This document shows positions 46,611-57,517 of a DNA stretch of 64,000 nt, piece by piece (within the stretch, counting starts at the first letter, position 1; each line of letters starts with the position of its first letter). Location of the stretch: IMG/VR virus record IMGVR_UViG_3300036770_007283; one strand, written 5' to 3'. The notes beneath the pieces were generated by a model. That model saw only the letters and a program-made list of their open reading frames with translations. It was not told the DNA's origin and ran no database searches. Source of the DNA: a virus (taxonomy: Duplodnaviria > Caudoviricetes). The position numbers and the translations under genes are program-made.

Positions 46611-49600
46611 TTACAGAAAATTGGGGTTGATCCTCACATCTTCGAGTCCGGGCAGCCCCAACGATATTATCATACAAAGTAGCTCTTTCTTCCTCAAATT
46701 TACTTTATTAAAATCTTCGCTGTAGCCTAAGAAGTCATTTGCTTCATTTTCATTATCTTCATCGTCTAGGGTAGCAATTATATAATCAATATATGCTCTT
46801 AAGTTTTTTCCCATAGTAGTGTAAAAGGTACCTACCGTTTTTAAAAGACTACCCGGTTTGGTGGGTGAGGTACTTCTTCCAGCATTAGCAAAGTCATTTA
46901 TATTAGCAATACGACCCCCTGAACCGGCTGGATTAACATATCTTATCACTGTGCCGGCATCATTATCATCATTTTGGATAATATCAAAATATTTTCCTGG
47001 TGATCTAAACCATTTTTTAAGTCTATCACTTACAGAGCTCAACTCTGGCGGGGTTCTTTCTGCAAAGATTGAATTTACTGTATTTTGTATATAAAACTTT
47101 CCTTCTGGAACACCACCCTCTGCTTCGGAACGTGGAACCATTTTTTCAAACAGATCTTCAACTGTTAATCCGGTACTGGATCTTTTTTCTTTTACACTTG
47201 GAATCTCGCTAAAAATACCAGCAAGTTCATCTAGTCCAAATACAGAAACAATAAATCTTAGCAATCTTTGTTTTTCATCATCATCTAGTTCTGCTCCACG
47301 AATAATTGGATTTTTGATTATCTTATAACAAGTAATCGGATCCTCTAGTGTAACTCTTACATGTGGATATTTTATTTTGGGATCTTCTTTCTTAAAGAAA
47401 GATTCGCCACTAATGATGCTGGCAGGCATATTTTTGATAAAACTTACTGTTTTATCAAGCTCACTTTTAATTTCTTTATATAAATCAGTCTCTGCTGCTT
47501 TCTTATCCCTTTGAAGCATCTCCTCTAATTGTTCAGAATGCTCTATAATTAGATCTTCTAGGTCGGCAACAGAATAAGAATATAGGCTTTGCTCACCTGA
47601 ACTTCTACCTATTCTGATCAAAATAGAAATATCCAGTGGTTTATCTTCAAAATTCACTACAATACGCCTGCCTGTTAGAATGACACCCTTGGAATCGCCA
47701 AGATTAGTCTCTTTCTTTTGTACATCTAAGGGTATATTAAAACCTACCCAATTCCAAGTTGTTTCACTGCGAGTAGGTGGCCAAGCAATTTGTGTTGATG
47801 CCCTAGGTGTTCTTGTACCAATTTGATGTCGGCTGGTATTTAGCCCAGTCATTGGGGAATCTGGTGATTCCTTATTAGTATAAAAGTTTAGTTTTTTAAA
47901 CTTATACTTCAGGCCTTCGGCTGTAAAGTTATCATTAATAAATTTTAAATAGTTCAAGTCCTCGGAGTTAGTGTCAAGTTGATTGTACAGACCAATAAAA
48001 TTATCTATTTTAGTTTTAAATATACTATCTATAAGTCCCTTTAATTTTGTAGAAAGATCATCAAGTATAATATCATGATAACGTTTTATTTCAGCATTAT
48101 CGCTAGTATTCATATAATTTATTAATTCTGAAAATGATTCTTCCCCACCTTTTTCAAATAATTCAAACACTTTCTCTTTAAATGCTTCTGTAAAAATAAT
48201 ATTCTCATCAGCAAGTAATTTTTTAATAGCAAAATCAAGCAAATTATTATCTTCATCCTCTTCCAAACCCAGGGCCAATATTAGCTTTTTTTGATGTGAT
48301 GGATTTTGAGAGATTGCCATTAAACATTCAAAAATATTATTTTTATGTGCTGCTACATCTTTTTCTTCACTAGAATCATCAAGCTTCATATAATGTTCTA
48401 TTAGCTTTGACCATCCTACCGAGGTAACGCCAAGCTCATTGTTTAGATGATAGTCAATAGCGCTTCTGCGATCCTCAAATATTTGATATTTTCCTTCTGA
48501 GCCGTAAACAGTAAAGCGCTCCTCTTGCTTTAGATAATCCAATATACTTGACGGATTTTCTCTGTCTACAAAAGGAATCCAATCCCAACCAAAGACTGTT
48601 TCGCTATATTCGCCTGGAATAAAATTCAACGTTGTAACTGGCATTATGCTATTAACGGTATTTAAGGCGGTTGATACCAGTGCGCTTTGTGGAGCCTCAG
48701 AATTCATCGCCCTTAATCTTCCCAAAATATATTCTTTTGCAGCAAGCAAATTATCAGTATCAAATATCTCTGTATTGATAACATCCACTATGTTGTTAGT
48801 CGTTTCAGTAGGAGGTGATATTGATTTGCTTAGCTCAAAATAAGCCATATCTAGGTTAGTGCAATATTTTCTATATTTATTGGTTAATTTTCTTAATTTA
48901 GAATTATCTTTTTTCTTTTCATTAATAAGCTCATTATGTTGATTTCTCAATTCATTAATAGCAAGCTCTAGCTCTCCCTTAATATTCTCGAGCGATTCCT
49001 TAACAAGAGTCTCTATTTCTTGTGATGTTTTATCACCACTTAAAACAGTTAAAATATCATTAACATAATCATCTGGAATACTTATTCCACAATAATAATT
49101 CGACTCCTCATCGTATCCAAAATACTTAGAGATAATTTCATTTAGTTTCTTAATTATATTTATGACATAGACAACAGAAAGTATGGCATTGTTTTGTCTA
49201 GCAGTCTTAATCGCAGGCAATGCCTTGGCTTTATCATGTGTACCTTGTAAGAATTTTGTGAATTTATTCTTATCTAAATTTAAAGTTGTCAATAACAAGG
49301 AGGTTGCTTCTTGTAACACATTAGAAGACTCTATTTCTTGTATACTTATCTGTTCTAAAAAGGTAACCCAAGACCTATTTGGGTCACCCTCATCATTGGT
49401 AACAGAGTCAATATTTTGTATGACCTCATTGACTGCAATAATTGCTTTTTTAATTGCAGTAGTCAAAATTAACTTTGACATAGATTCATCAAAGGTAAAG
49501 CTACTGATATCAAAAATATTTTGCTTTATCCAGATTCCAATCTCACCAGTTATTTTTTCAATCTCTTCTATAATTTTATTACCAAAGAATTGATTGTAAA

Positions 49601-52600
49601 AATCAACCTTTGATTTTTGAGGCATTCCTTCTTTAAATTTAAAGACCTTACCATCAAAAGCCCTTCTTAAAGTTTGCTTTAGTGAGATCTTTATTTCATC
49701 GGGAATGGAGCTATTGACAGAAAAGCCTTCAATAAGTTCATCTAGTAAGTTTGTTGATAATGCTGAGCGACTGTACGCTTCAAAAACATGAATTACAGCA
49801 GACATTACTTTACTAAAATTTTCTAATTTTTCAAAATAAATGGGTCCTGTAACAGGAGAGGTGGATTTTATCGTACTTTTAGTACCAGGGACTGCAACAT
49901 TACTCTCTTGGAGTTTCTGCGCGGCTTTTGCATAGACATCCAGTCTTCCAGTTTCCTCCCTGTCCCCTTCCCCTGATGGTGCCGCACCAAATATATCACC
50001 TCCGCCATAGTCATCAGGGCTGCCCATACTTCCCATACTTTCCGCACTCTCTAAGGCTTTACGCATGGTTATGTCACCACGACCGCCACCACCATCCTCA
50101 TCTTGTTCTTCACCGCCATCTATACTTAGAGTTGCTGCGCTTGCCTCCGTTGCAAAGTAAGTATATTCTTCATGGGTGCTGGGATGCTCATAGCTAAATC
50201 CTGAAGGCCAAATACTTGCTAACGAGCCGGGCGGATACTTAATAAAGATATATGGCTGATTTGTATCATCAATAAAAAACTTTAAGAGATATTTTACTTG
50301 GTTGTTTTTAACATTTGGAAAAACAGTACGCTCTCTTGGATCTTTACTAACCCATTCGCTATACAAAAGTCTATTTTCCATCGGAAATTTTTCCATTAAT
50401 GCAGTGGTATCCGCAAGAGCCAACCAGCCTTGATTTAACACTTCCTGACTGTTTTGCTTACCAGACTTCTGTGTCAAAAGAATATTGTTTGAATCGTTAG
50501 TCTCATATGCAGCATTTCCCTCACCAAACTTAAGGCTATGACCTACATTAAAAATATGTCCAAATGGGCACTTTAGATTTAGGCTTTGTAATATGCTACC
50601 TTGTGCTATCTGTCCAGCCGCAGTTTTGAGAAGCATTTCTTTAATCTTCTGAATTCGAATTTTATTAAAGCTAGTCTTTGCTAACTCTAACTCACTATCT
50701 TTTGCAGCTTTAAAATTAACAAAATCTTGATGTAAGGTCATTGCATCTTGAAAGTCCAGACCGTTTGAGACTAATTCATTAAATAATTCAGTATACTGTC
50801 CTTCATCCTGGCTAATCACTTCAAGAGTTTTTAGAATAAAGAACTCACTATTGTCATCTTTAACGAATGATGACAAAGAAGTAGGTGCGCCACAGACCCT
50901 AAATGTAATAGTTCCTGGCTCCAAATCTTTTAAAGTTCCATCAGGATTTGTTGGCTTGATGAAGCTTTCTGTACCTGCCGGACCTAATTTGGAAAAAGCC
51001 ATTTTAGGATGTTTATACTCAGTTAAGTTAGTTACATTTTCAATATGAGCTGTACAGGCAAAATTAGTTTTAGAAAATTTAAATCCACCACGTAGAAAGC
51101 TTTTTGCTAATTCAATCTGCGCAGCACTCCTTTCATTAGACCAAGCTTCTGAACCAGGTATAATTACATTCTTACTTGCTTCAGTAAAATTATTGATTCT
51201 TTTCTTGGCGTCAGTTGGGTGTTCTACACCACTCCAGCCAAAACTCACACCGACGTTATCTGAAAGGTATGTGCTAGAGTTTGGCTCTACCTTTGCTCCG
51301 CAAAAAGAACCGGAAGTGCCTTCAGAATCAAAAGGGCACTCAACAAACCTGTCCCTGATAAAGATAGGGCCGCTAAGTTTTTCTGCGCCCACAGCAAACA
51401 AAGCCCCAGCTCTGCGATGCCAACCTTCCTCTTGAAGTTCTGAATTATTACTTTGTAATAAAGTATTAATTTCACTCCAAGTTTTGTTGCCAGTGTAGTT
51501 TCTAACTTTGTTCCTTTCTCTTTCACGGTCATAAAATGATTCATTAAGTACTGGCCAGCCTTCCTCCTTATTTAATAAATTTAAATCAACTAGGTTACCA
51601 GTTTTTTTATCAAAAATAGAAAAAAGTGGGACCTTAATGCCCTCTACACCAGCATAGTCTTCCTTTTTCTTCATCCGATTGGCTGTCTCAACCCAAGCAA
51701 AGCATACAGGGCATTTCTTTTTTGTAATCGTTTCATCTTTGTTTGCAATAGCACGAATAGAGTTTCTCTTTAAGATTAAGTCATTAAGTTTGACGCTGTC
51801 AAGATAGTTATTTGATCCAGAAGGATTATCTAGGTTGAAGAAGCTTTCATTTTTAGCATTTAAATATGAAAAAGCACTGTTCTTAAACGAACCTAGAAAG
51901 AACTCTAAGTTTTTTTTGTTGACAATAGTCCTACCAGGAAGATTTGATAATCTAACTAGCTTGTCATTATCTTCACCAGAATCATCCGCCTGAGTTAAAA
52001 CCCAGGTATTATAACTTGCAAGTAGTAAGGCTACGTTTTGAAAGTTTTTAGCTATCGAGTTGTCTTCAAATATTTTTCTTGAAACACAAGAGTTTTTGAA
52101 TTCAATTATTAACTTATCTAAGCTTGGGTCTGAACTCTTTTTTCTTAATTCAAGAAGTATGCTGTACGCTTCTAAGTCTAAGGTTTTAATTTTAAAAACC
52201 AGATTATTAACCCTGCGCTGGTATGAATAAAGATCGATATTATAAGCTAATGTTTTAAAGCTACTTCTCCCTTGCAAAGCAGCCACTAGTTCTTGATTAA
52301 TGCTAGAAATTTCCTGACCAAAAGAGAATACCATATTAGATATATTTTCTTGAATAATTCCAATTGGCTCAGTCCTTATGTAGGCATTATTAAAATTTTG
52401 AATAGCATTATTCAACCGTGGGTTGTTTTCCAATTCTTTTTTAATATCAAGAAGGCCAATTCTGGAGGTAATATCGTCTTCTTCCGTTGTCTTTGATGCT
52501 ATTTGTGGCAGGTTTAACTTATCTCGCATCAAATTAAACTGCTGAACCATATCTACTTTGTAGAGGCCCATTTCAGCAAAATTCTTTAACCATTGTGGAA

Positions 52601-54638
52601 TTGATTCAGTCTCCCGTTTACCTGCAAGCAATTCTATGATCATAGAAATTTTCTCATCCTCTTCTACGGAGGAAGGTGAACGTCCGCTAACTTGTAAAAT
52701 CTCATCTACTTTTTTAATGTATTCAAGATATGAATCATTAAGCCTAATTGCCTCCCTAAACTTATTTTTCAATTCTTTATTAAACTCATTAGGCACAGTA
52801 TTTTCTGGTTTAGAAGAGGTGTGATCCTTACTGTATTGTCCAATCCAGTAGGGATACTTCTCACCACTGAGGCCATCATTCTTAACAATTTCAAGGCATT
52901 GATTAGGAAAGTTAAGCCCGCTACTAATCCCGTATGAACTTAGTTTCTCATCAAACTTTTCCTGATTAGTAACTCTTTTACTTCTTTGAATTTCTCTATA
53001 CTCTTCCCTCGGCCCCTGGGTGTTAAAATCTTCTGGATTAAACTTTAGTTCTATAAAATATTGAGATTTTTCTCCGCCAGAATCTTTTATTCTAGAAAAT
53101 GCTTTATTATAGATCTTATCTTTTAATAATGAATAAACATCTTTAAAATCTCCAGCCAAAGAATCTAGCCATACTGGAACTTGTTTATTTGCACAACCCA
53201 AGATAAAAAAGATGGCTTCTAGCATCTTCTCTTTATTATCTTCAGACAGCGCAACTGTAATATTCTCAATAAGTGTTTTAACAATTGTCCGGGTGTCATC
53301 GCTATGTTGTGCTTTAAACTTTTCAATAAATGCACTTAATTTACTAAAATCCCCCGCAGGCTTCTTCCTTGTAGCCCTTCCTCTTCCAGATGGTCTACTC
53401 CCTGCTGTTTCTTGTCCACTTGGTTGAGGTATTGTCTTCTTTATTTTTTCAACCAAGGGAGCATTTCTATTTGTATTTAAAATAAATAATTCTTCTGGTG
53501 CAAGCCCAGCCGCTTCCCCCTTGGCTTCCTCATATTCTGAATTTATCTCTTCTGTATTAATCTGCTTATCCCTAAGCCTATCAATAATTTCTAAAAACCA
53601 ACCTGGTTTTTCTGGAGTGGTTGACATGGCAATAATCTTTGCTGCAAACTTCATTTTTTTAACAACAAAGCTTAATCTTTCTGATTCTATCTTTGAAGAA
53701 ATGCTGTTGCTAGCAATCTCTCGTATATCATCTGGCAAGCTAGAAATATCTTCACCACTAAGCACCTCGGAAATAAGATCCTCTAAATATCCATAGAGTT
53801 TATTGTCACCAACCTTTTCTTCAACGACAATGGTTTCTGGTACGGCCTGACTAGTTTGTCCTTTAAGTGGATTAAAAGTAAGGCTCTTGCCCTTGGTCCT
53901 TGCTTTATCAGCAGTTAGCGGCTGATCACCTGGCTTATCGGATTCAATTTTTCCATTGAAGTGAAGTTCTGATAGGGCATTTTTACACCAGGTAAGTGCC
54001 GATTCTGTTTCTTTTTTCAAGAACTTATTGCTAGATTCCGAGATGATTTTAATATGCTTCTTCATATCTTCCAAAATTTTACTTGCTTCTCCAAGAAGTC
54101 CATCTTCAAACTTCAAGGATTCATAAAACTCCAAGTCCCTTCCTCCAAGTGCGTTAGCCTGACCTACGTATTCTAAAGGTTCCTTTACTCCATATAGGTC
54201 TTTTAGTCCCGCAACCTGTGCAGCCCGATCTTTGCTTTTAGTTAAAAAGTCAATAACGTCTATATATTCAGGTTTTTTTTCTGGGGTTACAGCGGGTGAG
54301 ATTGGTGCAGGTGCTTGAGGTGTAGCCTTTGAAGCCCTGCTTGGTAATGCACCAAGCGCATCTCTTATAGAGGCTTCTGTTTTTTGACGTAAAGTTTCTT
54401 CACCAATAAAATCTTTTGAGATTGTTAAAAACGTACGAACCATAGGTGGGTCGTCTTCTAAGACTTCAGAAACAGCCTGTTCAATTGTTTTGTCAGAACC
54501 TAAATTATTTTTGATTTCAATAATGGCTTGAATATATTCTGATTTGTCCGATTCACTCAGCCTAGCAAATGCACTTGCTAGGGAACCTGAGTCTTTAAAT
54601 CCAATAACTTCTTCTGTTGCCATCTTGTAAAAATTCAT
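46611..54638 (-). CDS. Giant hypothetical protein (2675 aa) with several Cys motifs
   Basis: Uninterrupted 8-kb ORF with central CPVC, CPFD...C, C..H, VCG and CPFGH motifs. No catalytic motif recognised. Confidence 0.8.
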   Translation of the reverse strand: MNFYKMATEEVIGFKDSGSLASAFARLSESDKSEYIQAIIEIKNNLGSDKTIEQAVSEVLEDDPPMVRTFLTISKDFIGEETLRQKTEASIRDALGALPSRASKATPQAPAPISPAVTPEKKPEYIDVIDFLTKSKDRAAQVAGLKDLYGVKEPLEYVGQANALGGRDLEFYESLKFEDGLLGEASKILEDMKKHIKIISESSNKFLKKETESALTWCKNALSELHFNGKIESDKPGDQPLTADKARTKGKSLTFNPLKGQTSQAVPETIVVEEKVGDNKLYGYLEDLISEVLSGEDISSLPDDIREIASNSISSKIESERLSFVVKKMKFAAKIIAMSTTPEKPGWFLEIIDRLRDKQINTEEINSEYEEAKGEAAGLAPEELFILNTNRNAPLVEKIKKTIPQPSGQETAGSRPSGRGRATRKKPAGDFSKLSAFIEKFKAQHSDDTRTIVKTLIENITVALSEDNKEKMLEAIFFILGCANKQVPVWLDSLAGDFKDVYSLLKDKIYNKAFSRIKDSGGEKSQYFIELKFNPEDFNTQGPREEYREIQRSKRVTNQEKFDEKLSSYGISSGLNFPNQCLEIVKNDGLSGEKYPYWIGQYSKDHTSSKPENTVPNEFNKELKNKFREAIRLNDSYLEYIKKVDEILQVSGRSPSSVEEDEKISMIIELLAGKRETESIPQWLKNFAEMGLYKVDMVQQFNLMRDKLNLPQIASKTTEEDDITSRIGLLDIKKELENNPRLNNAIQNFNNAYIRTEPIGIIQENISNMVFSFGQEISSINQELVAALQGRSSFKTLAYNIDLYSYQRRVNNLVFKIKTLDLEAYSILLELRKKSSDPSLDKLIIEFKNSCVSRKIFEDNSIAKNFQNVALLLASYNTWVLTQADDSGEDNDKLVRLSNLPGRTIVNKKNLEFFLGSFKNSAFSYLNAKNESFFNLDNPSGSNNYLDSVKLNDLILKRNSIRAIANKDETITKKKCPVCFAWVETANRMKKKEDYAGVEGIKVPLFSIFDKKTGNLVDLNLLNKEEGWPVLNESFYDRERERNKVRNYTGNKTWSEINTLLQSNNSELQEEGWHRRAGALFAVGAEKLSGPIFIRDRFVECPFDSEGTSGSFCGAKVEPNSSTYLSDNVGVSFGWSGVEHPTDAKKRINNFTEASKNVIIPGSEAWSNERSAAQIELAKSFLRGGFKFSKTNFACTAHIENVTNLTEYKHPKMAFSKLGPAGTESFIKPTNPDGTLKDLEPGTITFRVCGAPTSLSSFVKDDNSEFFILKTLEVISQDEGQYTELFNELVSNGLDFQDAMTLHQDFVNFKAAKDSELELAKTSFNKIRIQKIKEMLLKTAAGQIAQGSILQSLNLKCPFGHIFNVGHSLKFGEGNAAYETNDSNNILLTQKSGKQNSQEVLNQGWLALADTTALMEKFPMENRLLYSEWVSKDPRERTVFPNVKNNQVKYLLKFFIDDTNQPYIFIKYPPGSLASIWPSGFSYEHPSTHEEYTYFATEASAATLSIDGGEEQDEDGGGGRGDITMRKALESAESMGSMGSPDDYGGGDIFGAAPSGEGDREETGRLDVYAKAAQKLQESNVAVPGTKSTIKSTSPVTGPIYFEKLENFSKVMSAVIHVFEAYSRSALSTNLLDELIEGFSVNSSIPDEIKISLKQTLRRAFDGKVFKFKEGMPQKSKVDFYNQFFGNKIIEEIEKITGEIGIWIKQNIFDISSFTFDESMSKLILTTAIKKAIIAVNEVIQNIDSVTNDEGDPNRSWVTFLEQISIQEIESSNVLQEATSLLLTTLNLDKNKFTKFLQGTHDKAKALPAIKTARQNNAILSVVYVINIIKKLNEIISKYFGYDEESNYYCGISIPDDYVNDILTVLSGDKTSQEIETLVKESLENIKGELELAINELRNQHNELINEKKKDNSKLRKLTNKYRKYCTNLDMAYFELSKSISPPTETTNNIVDVINTEIFDTDNLLAAKEYILGRLRAMNSEAPQSALVSTALNTVNSIMPVTTLNFIPGEYSETVFGWDWIPFVDRENPSSILDYLKQEERFTVYGSEGKYQIFEDRRSAIDYHLNNELGVTSVGWSKLIEHYMKLDDSSEEKDVAAHKNNIFECLMAISQNPSHQKKLILALGLEEDEDNNLLDFAIKKLLADENIIFTEAFKEKVFELFEKGGEESFSELINYMNTSDNAEIKRYHDIILDDLSTKLKGLIDSIFKTKIDNFIGLYNQLDTNSEDLNYLKFINDNFTAEGLKYKFKKLNFYTNKESPDSPMTGLNTSRHQIGTRTPRASTQIAWPPTRSETTWNWVGFNIPLDVQKKETNLGDSKGVILTGRRIVVNFEDKPLDISILIRIGRSSGEQSLYSYSVADLEDLIIEHSEQLEEMLQRDKKAAETDLYKEIKSELDKTVSFIKNMPASIISGESFFKKEDPKIKYPHVRVTLEDPITCYKIIKNPIIRGAELDDDEKQRLLRFIVSVFGLDELAGIFSEIPSVKEKRSSTGLTVEDLFEKMVPRSEAEGGVPEGKFYIQNTVNSIFAERTPPELSSVSDRLKKWFRSPGKYFDIIQNDDNDAGTVIRYVNPAGSGGRIANINDFANAGRSTSPTKPGSLLKTVGTFYTTMGKNLRAYIDYIIATLDDEDNENEANDFLGYSEDFNKVNLRKKELLCMIISLGLPGLEDVRINPNFL

Positions 54639-54654
54639 TTATTCACCCTGTTTT

Positions 54655-56019
54655 CTATTTTAGTAACTTAAAGTCTTCTTTTATTTCTGATATTTTAGAG
54701 TTGATTATACTAAAAATTTCTGAAAGTCCCTCTTCCTCGGATCTAGTTTTTGCGGATAGGATTCTAGAATTAGGCGAAATATTAATAAAATCTGTTTTGT
54801 GGTTATTTATCTTTTGTATTATTTCTTGATTATTCAAATCTATTTCTTTATCCAAAGAAAGATTTAGACCAACCAAATCAAACAAAAGTTTTCTATCTAA
54901 ATTATTTTTGGTTAAAGATAACAGCTTCCAGAACGGATACATTAAAATAGATTTATAATAGATTTTTTTCTTACCCAACATTGCTTTGGTGTTGGAGAAG
55001 GAATTATCAAAAAGATAACTAATATCTCTTCCATCAACTTGAATATCCTTATAAAGCAAGGTCATCTTTTCGTTACCCTCTCTTGGTATAGGTAATAAGA
55101 TTCCAAAAACTTTATTTTGTATCATCCTTTCTTCATCTTTATGAGGGCTAATTACTATTGTTTTTTTAGAATCAAAAAGTAAGTTACCTAATAATGGCCT
55201 GGATAGGAGTATTCCAGAATCATGGGCTGGTGAAGGAAACTTTCTCCTATTAAATTTTGAAAAATCTAAAACATTCTGCAATGGATGAAGCTTATTAAGA
55301 TAATAATTCTCGCCCATAGTTCCCTTTGTTAAGGATGGTAGTATATCTAAGGACTCATTATAATAAGAAAAAATTTCTTCATGAAGCTTTTCAATAAGAA
55401 GATCCAAATCAGATTCTTTTAATCCTTCTAGGCTTTGAATAGTTGATAATTTTCTCTCAAGCACTTTGCCGATACAATATAATGTGGTTTGGATCCTTGC
55501 TCGTTTTTTTGCAAGGGTCACCGGTTCTATCTCCATTAGACTATGAAGATTTTTCTTATCTAAGATTTTCTTTTCTACTTCAAAGCTGGTTCCGTTCTTT
55601 ACCGCTTGTTTTTTTGCTAAATCATGATAAATTTCATAATTTTGCACGGGATTAACTTCTTGTATTTTGGTGGTGGTATAGTCCAAGACTATTTTTTTTA
55701 GATACTCAACCTTAGACCCGATCCTAGAAGCTATTTCAGCCTTATCATTTTCTAGATGATAAGGCTGAGGAATATTATAAGTTTCATAAAATTGTTTTCT
55801 CGAAGTGCGATAAATAAGTATGGCTGCAGCAACATCTGCAGCATCTTCAAAATTCATATCTTCTAATGGTAAGTTAACAAACTCTCTTTCGATATCCAAA
55901 ATTCTTTTGTGAGAATTGTTGGGTGATTTATGTTTTTCTAAGATTGATATTTTATAAAAAGATATATTCTTTTCATTCTCTATATATCTTAGTACTTCAC
56001 CCCTGGCCTCTTTCAACAT
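54655..56019 (-). CDS. Hypothetical protein
   Basis: 454-aa K/E/L-rich ORF overlapping the end of the sigma gene. Confidence 0.65.
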   Translation of the reverse strand: MLKEARGEVLRYIENEKNISFYKISILEKHKSPNNSHKRILDIEREFVNLPLEDMNFEDAADVAAAILIYRTSRKQFYETYNIPQPYHLENDKAEIASRIGSKVEYLKKIVLDYTTTKIQEVNPVQNYEIYHDLAKKQAVKNGTSFEVEKKILDKKNLHSLMEIEPVTLAKKRARIQTTLYCIGKVLERKLSTIQSLEGLKESDLDLLIEKLHEEIFSYYNESLDILPSLTKGTMGENYYLNKLHPLQNVLDFSKFNRRKFPSPAHDSGILLSRPLLGNLLFDSKKTIVISPHKDEERMIQNKVFGILLPIPREGNEKMTLLYKDIQVDGRDISYLFDNSFSNTKAMLGKKKIYYKSILMYPFWKLLSLTKNNLDRKLLFDLVGLNLSLDKEIDLNNQEIIQKINNHKTDFINISPNSRILSAKTRSEEEGLSEIFSIINSKISEIKEDFKLLK

Positions 56020-56767
56020 CTAAATACTCCGGTTCAGATTCTTCATTGCCAAATTTCTCTGTTCCATCATCCACACCAAAGATTGTCCGAAAGGATCTTT
56101 TGTTTGCCAGCTTTTTCAACCGCATAGAAGCTGCCCATCCAGATAATCCAACCTCATCCGCGGCGTCCTTAATCGAATAATCCTTAAAATAAACAAGCTC
56201 AATAATCTTGCGAGTTTTATAATCTAGTTTTGCACAAATTTTCTTAATAGAAGATTCAAATTCTGATTTATCATATCTAGTTTTAAAAACTGCACTATCT
56301 GAGCCAGGGGTGCCTTCTTCTGCAATAGTATTTTCAAAAAGGACAGAATCTGCTTCACCCTGACCTTGTGACTTATTGGCTTGAAATTGGCTAAAATTAA
56401 TTTCTTCTCTAATTCTTTTTATCTTGGCTGTACCTTCATCTTTTGCTTGAAGCGCGAAGGCATCATTAGACATCTTATTTTCACTACGCAAAAAAGAAAT
56501 CTTCTTATTATGAATATGCTTGTGCAAGAAGGTACTCAGCTTTACATCCCGGTGTGGATCGAATGCTTTAATCCCTTCAATTGCAATTATAGATAATTCG
56601 CTTTTTGCATCTTCAAATTTAAAACCAGGAATATACATGGTAGACGCATACTTGTTAAGTAAGGGATCAATCTTTGCTAGAATCTTGTCAAAGCCTTCAC
56701 CTGTATTCGTATCTACATAGAAGGTATCATCATAAACATCAACATATGCTCGATATCCTCTTTCCAT
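55997..56767 (-). CDS. Phage sigma-70 family RNA polymerase sigma factor
   Basis: Region 2 FEDAKSELSIIAIEGIKAFDPHRDVKLSTFL and region 4 LDYKTRKIIELVYFKDYSIKDAADEVGLS. Confidence 0.85.
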   Translation of the reverse strand: MERGYRAYVDVYDDTFYVDTNTGEGFDKILAKIDPLLNKYASTMYIPGFKFEDAKSELSIIAIEGIKAFDPHRDVKLSTFLHKHIHNKKISFLRSENKMSNDAFALQAKDEGTAKIKRIREEINFSQFQANKSQGQGEADSVLFENTIAEEGTPGSDSAVFKTRYDKSEFESSIKKICAKLDYKTRKIIELVYFKDYSIKDAADEVGLSGWAASMRLKKLANKRSFRTIFGVDDGTEKFGNEESEPEYLDVERGQG

Positions 56768-56777
56768 TCAGCCTCCA

Positions 56778-57509
56778 TTAAACATCCCAACTGTTTTGAC
56801 ACAAACTCTGATAATCACACCAATTACACAATATAGATGGTTTCTTCTCCCATTCAATATTGGTATCAATAGATTTACCAACACTTAAAACTTTTTTTAC
56901 GGTATTCTCATAATCTTTTTCGGCAAATTCATAGTCCAACGTGTCACACTTGTGCTTCAATAAAACATAAGCACCACTAATTTTTTCAGCATCAGGATAA
57001 ATTTCCTTTATTGCTAAAGCATATAATAACAATTGAAAATTAGATAAATATTTTGGATTTTTATTGGTTTTGTAATCTACAACCTTATATTCGCCAGGTC
57101 CAACTTTATCGATCCTGTCAATAAAACCACGAACTGTATATTCGCCAATTTTAAAATCAAAGTTTAACTCATTAGCAATAACTTGTGGTAATCCTGTTGC
57201 ATTAATCTTGTCAAGATATGACTTTAAGACTTCTTTAAGCTCAGGTAGTTCTGGTTTTAAAATATCCATATCAAATTCTGACAAGGCCAACTTAAAACAA
57301 TCCCTCATAATTGTAGGGTACTCCGTTGGGCCTCTTACGTTTTCACATAAGTCTTTATGGAATAACTCTAAAACACGATGGGCGCATTTTCCAAACTCAA
57401 GATGGCTCCAATCTTGTTCAGCCACCTCTGGCTTTTCAATATATTGATAGTGGTATTTTTTGGGGCACTTTTCGTAAGTACCGATTGAAGATGCGGAAAG
57501 TTTTATCAT
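56778..57509 (-). CDS. PD-(D/E)XK RecB/Cas4-like exonuclease with 4-Cys (Fe-S staple) motif
   Basis: LSASSI..YEKCP, RGFIDRID, VVDYKT, QLLLYA, and C-terminal CNWCDYQSLC. Confidence 0.88.
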   Translation of the reverse strand: MIKLSASSIGTYEKCPKKYHYQYIEKPEVAEQDWSHLEFGKCAHRVLELFHKDLCENVRGPTEYPTIMRDCFKLALSEFDMDILKPELPELKEVLKSYLDKINATGLPQVIANELNFDFKIGEYTVRGFIDRIDKVGPGEYKVVDYKTNKNPKYLSNFQLLLYALAIKEIYPDAEKISGAYVLLKHKCDTLDYEFAEKDYENTVKKVLSVGKSIDTNIEWEKKPSILCNWCDYQSLCQNSWDV

Positions 57510-57517
57510 TATAGCCC

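Noticed and set aside
40991-57509. TnpB (Cas12f-like) plus a Cas4-like nuclease as a possible CRISPR system
   Set aside because: No repeat-spacer array is visible in any intergenic gap and there is no cas1/cas2. The two genes are about 15 kb apart, and both families are common in phages outside CRISPR.
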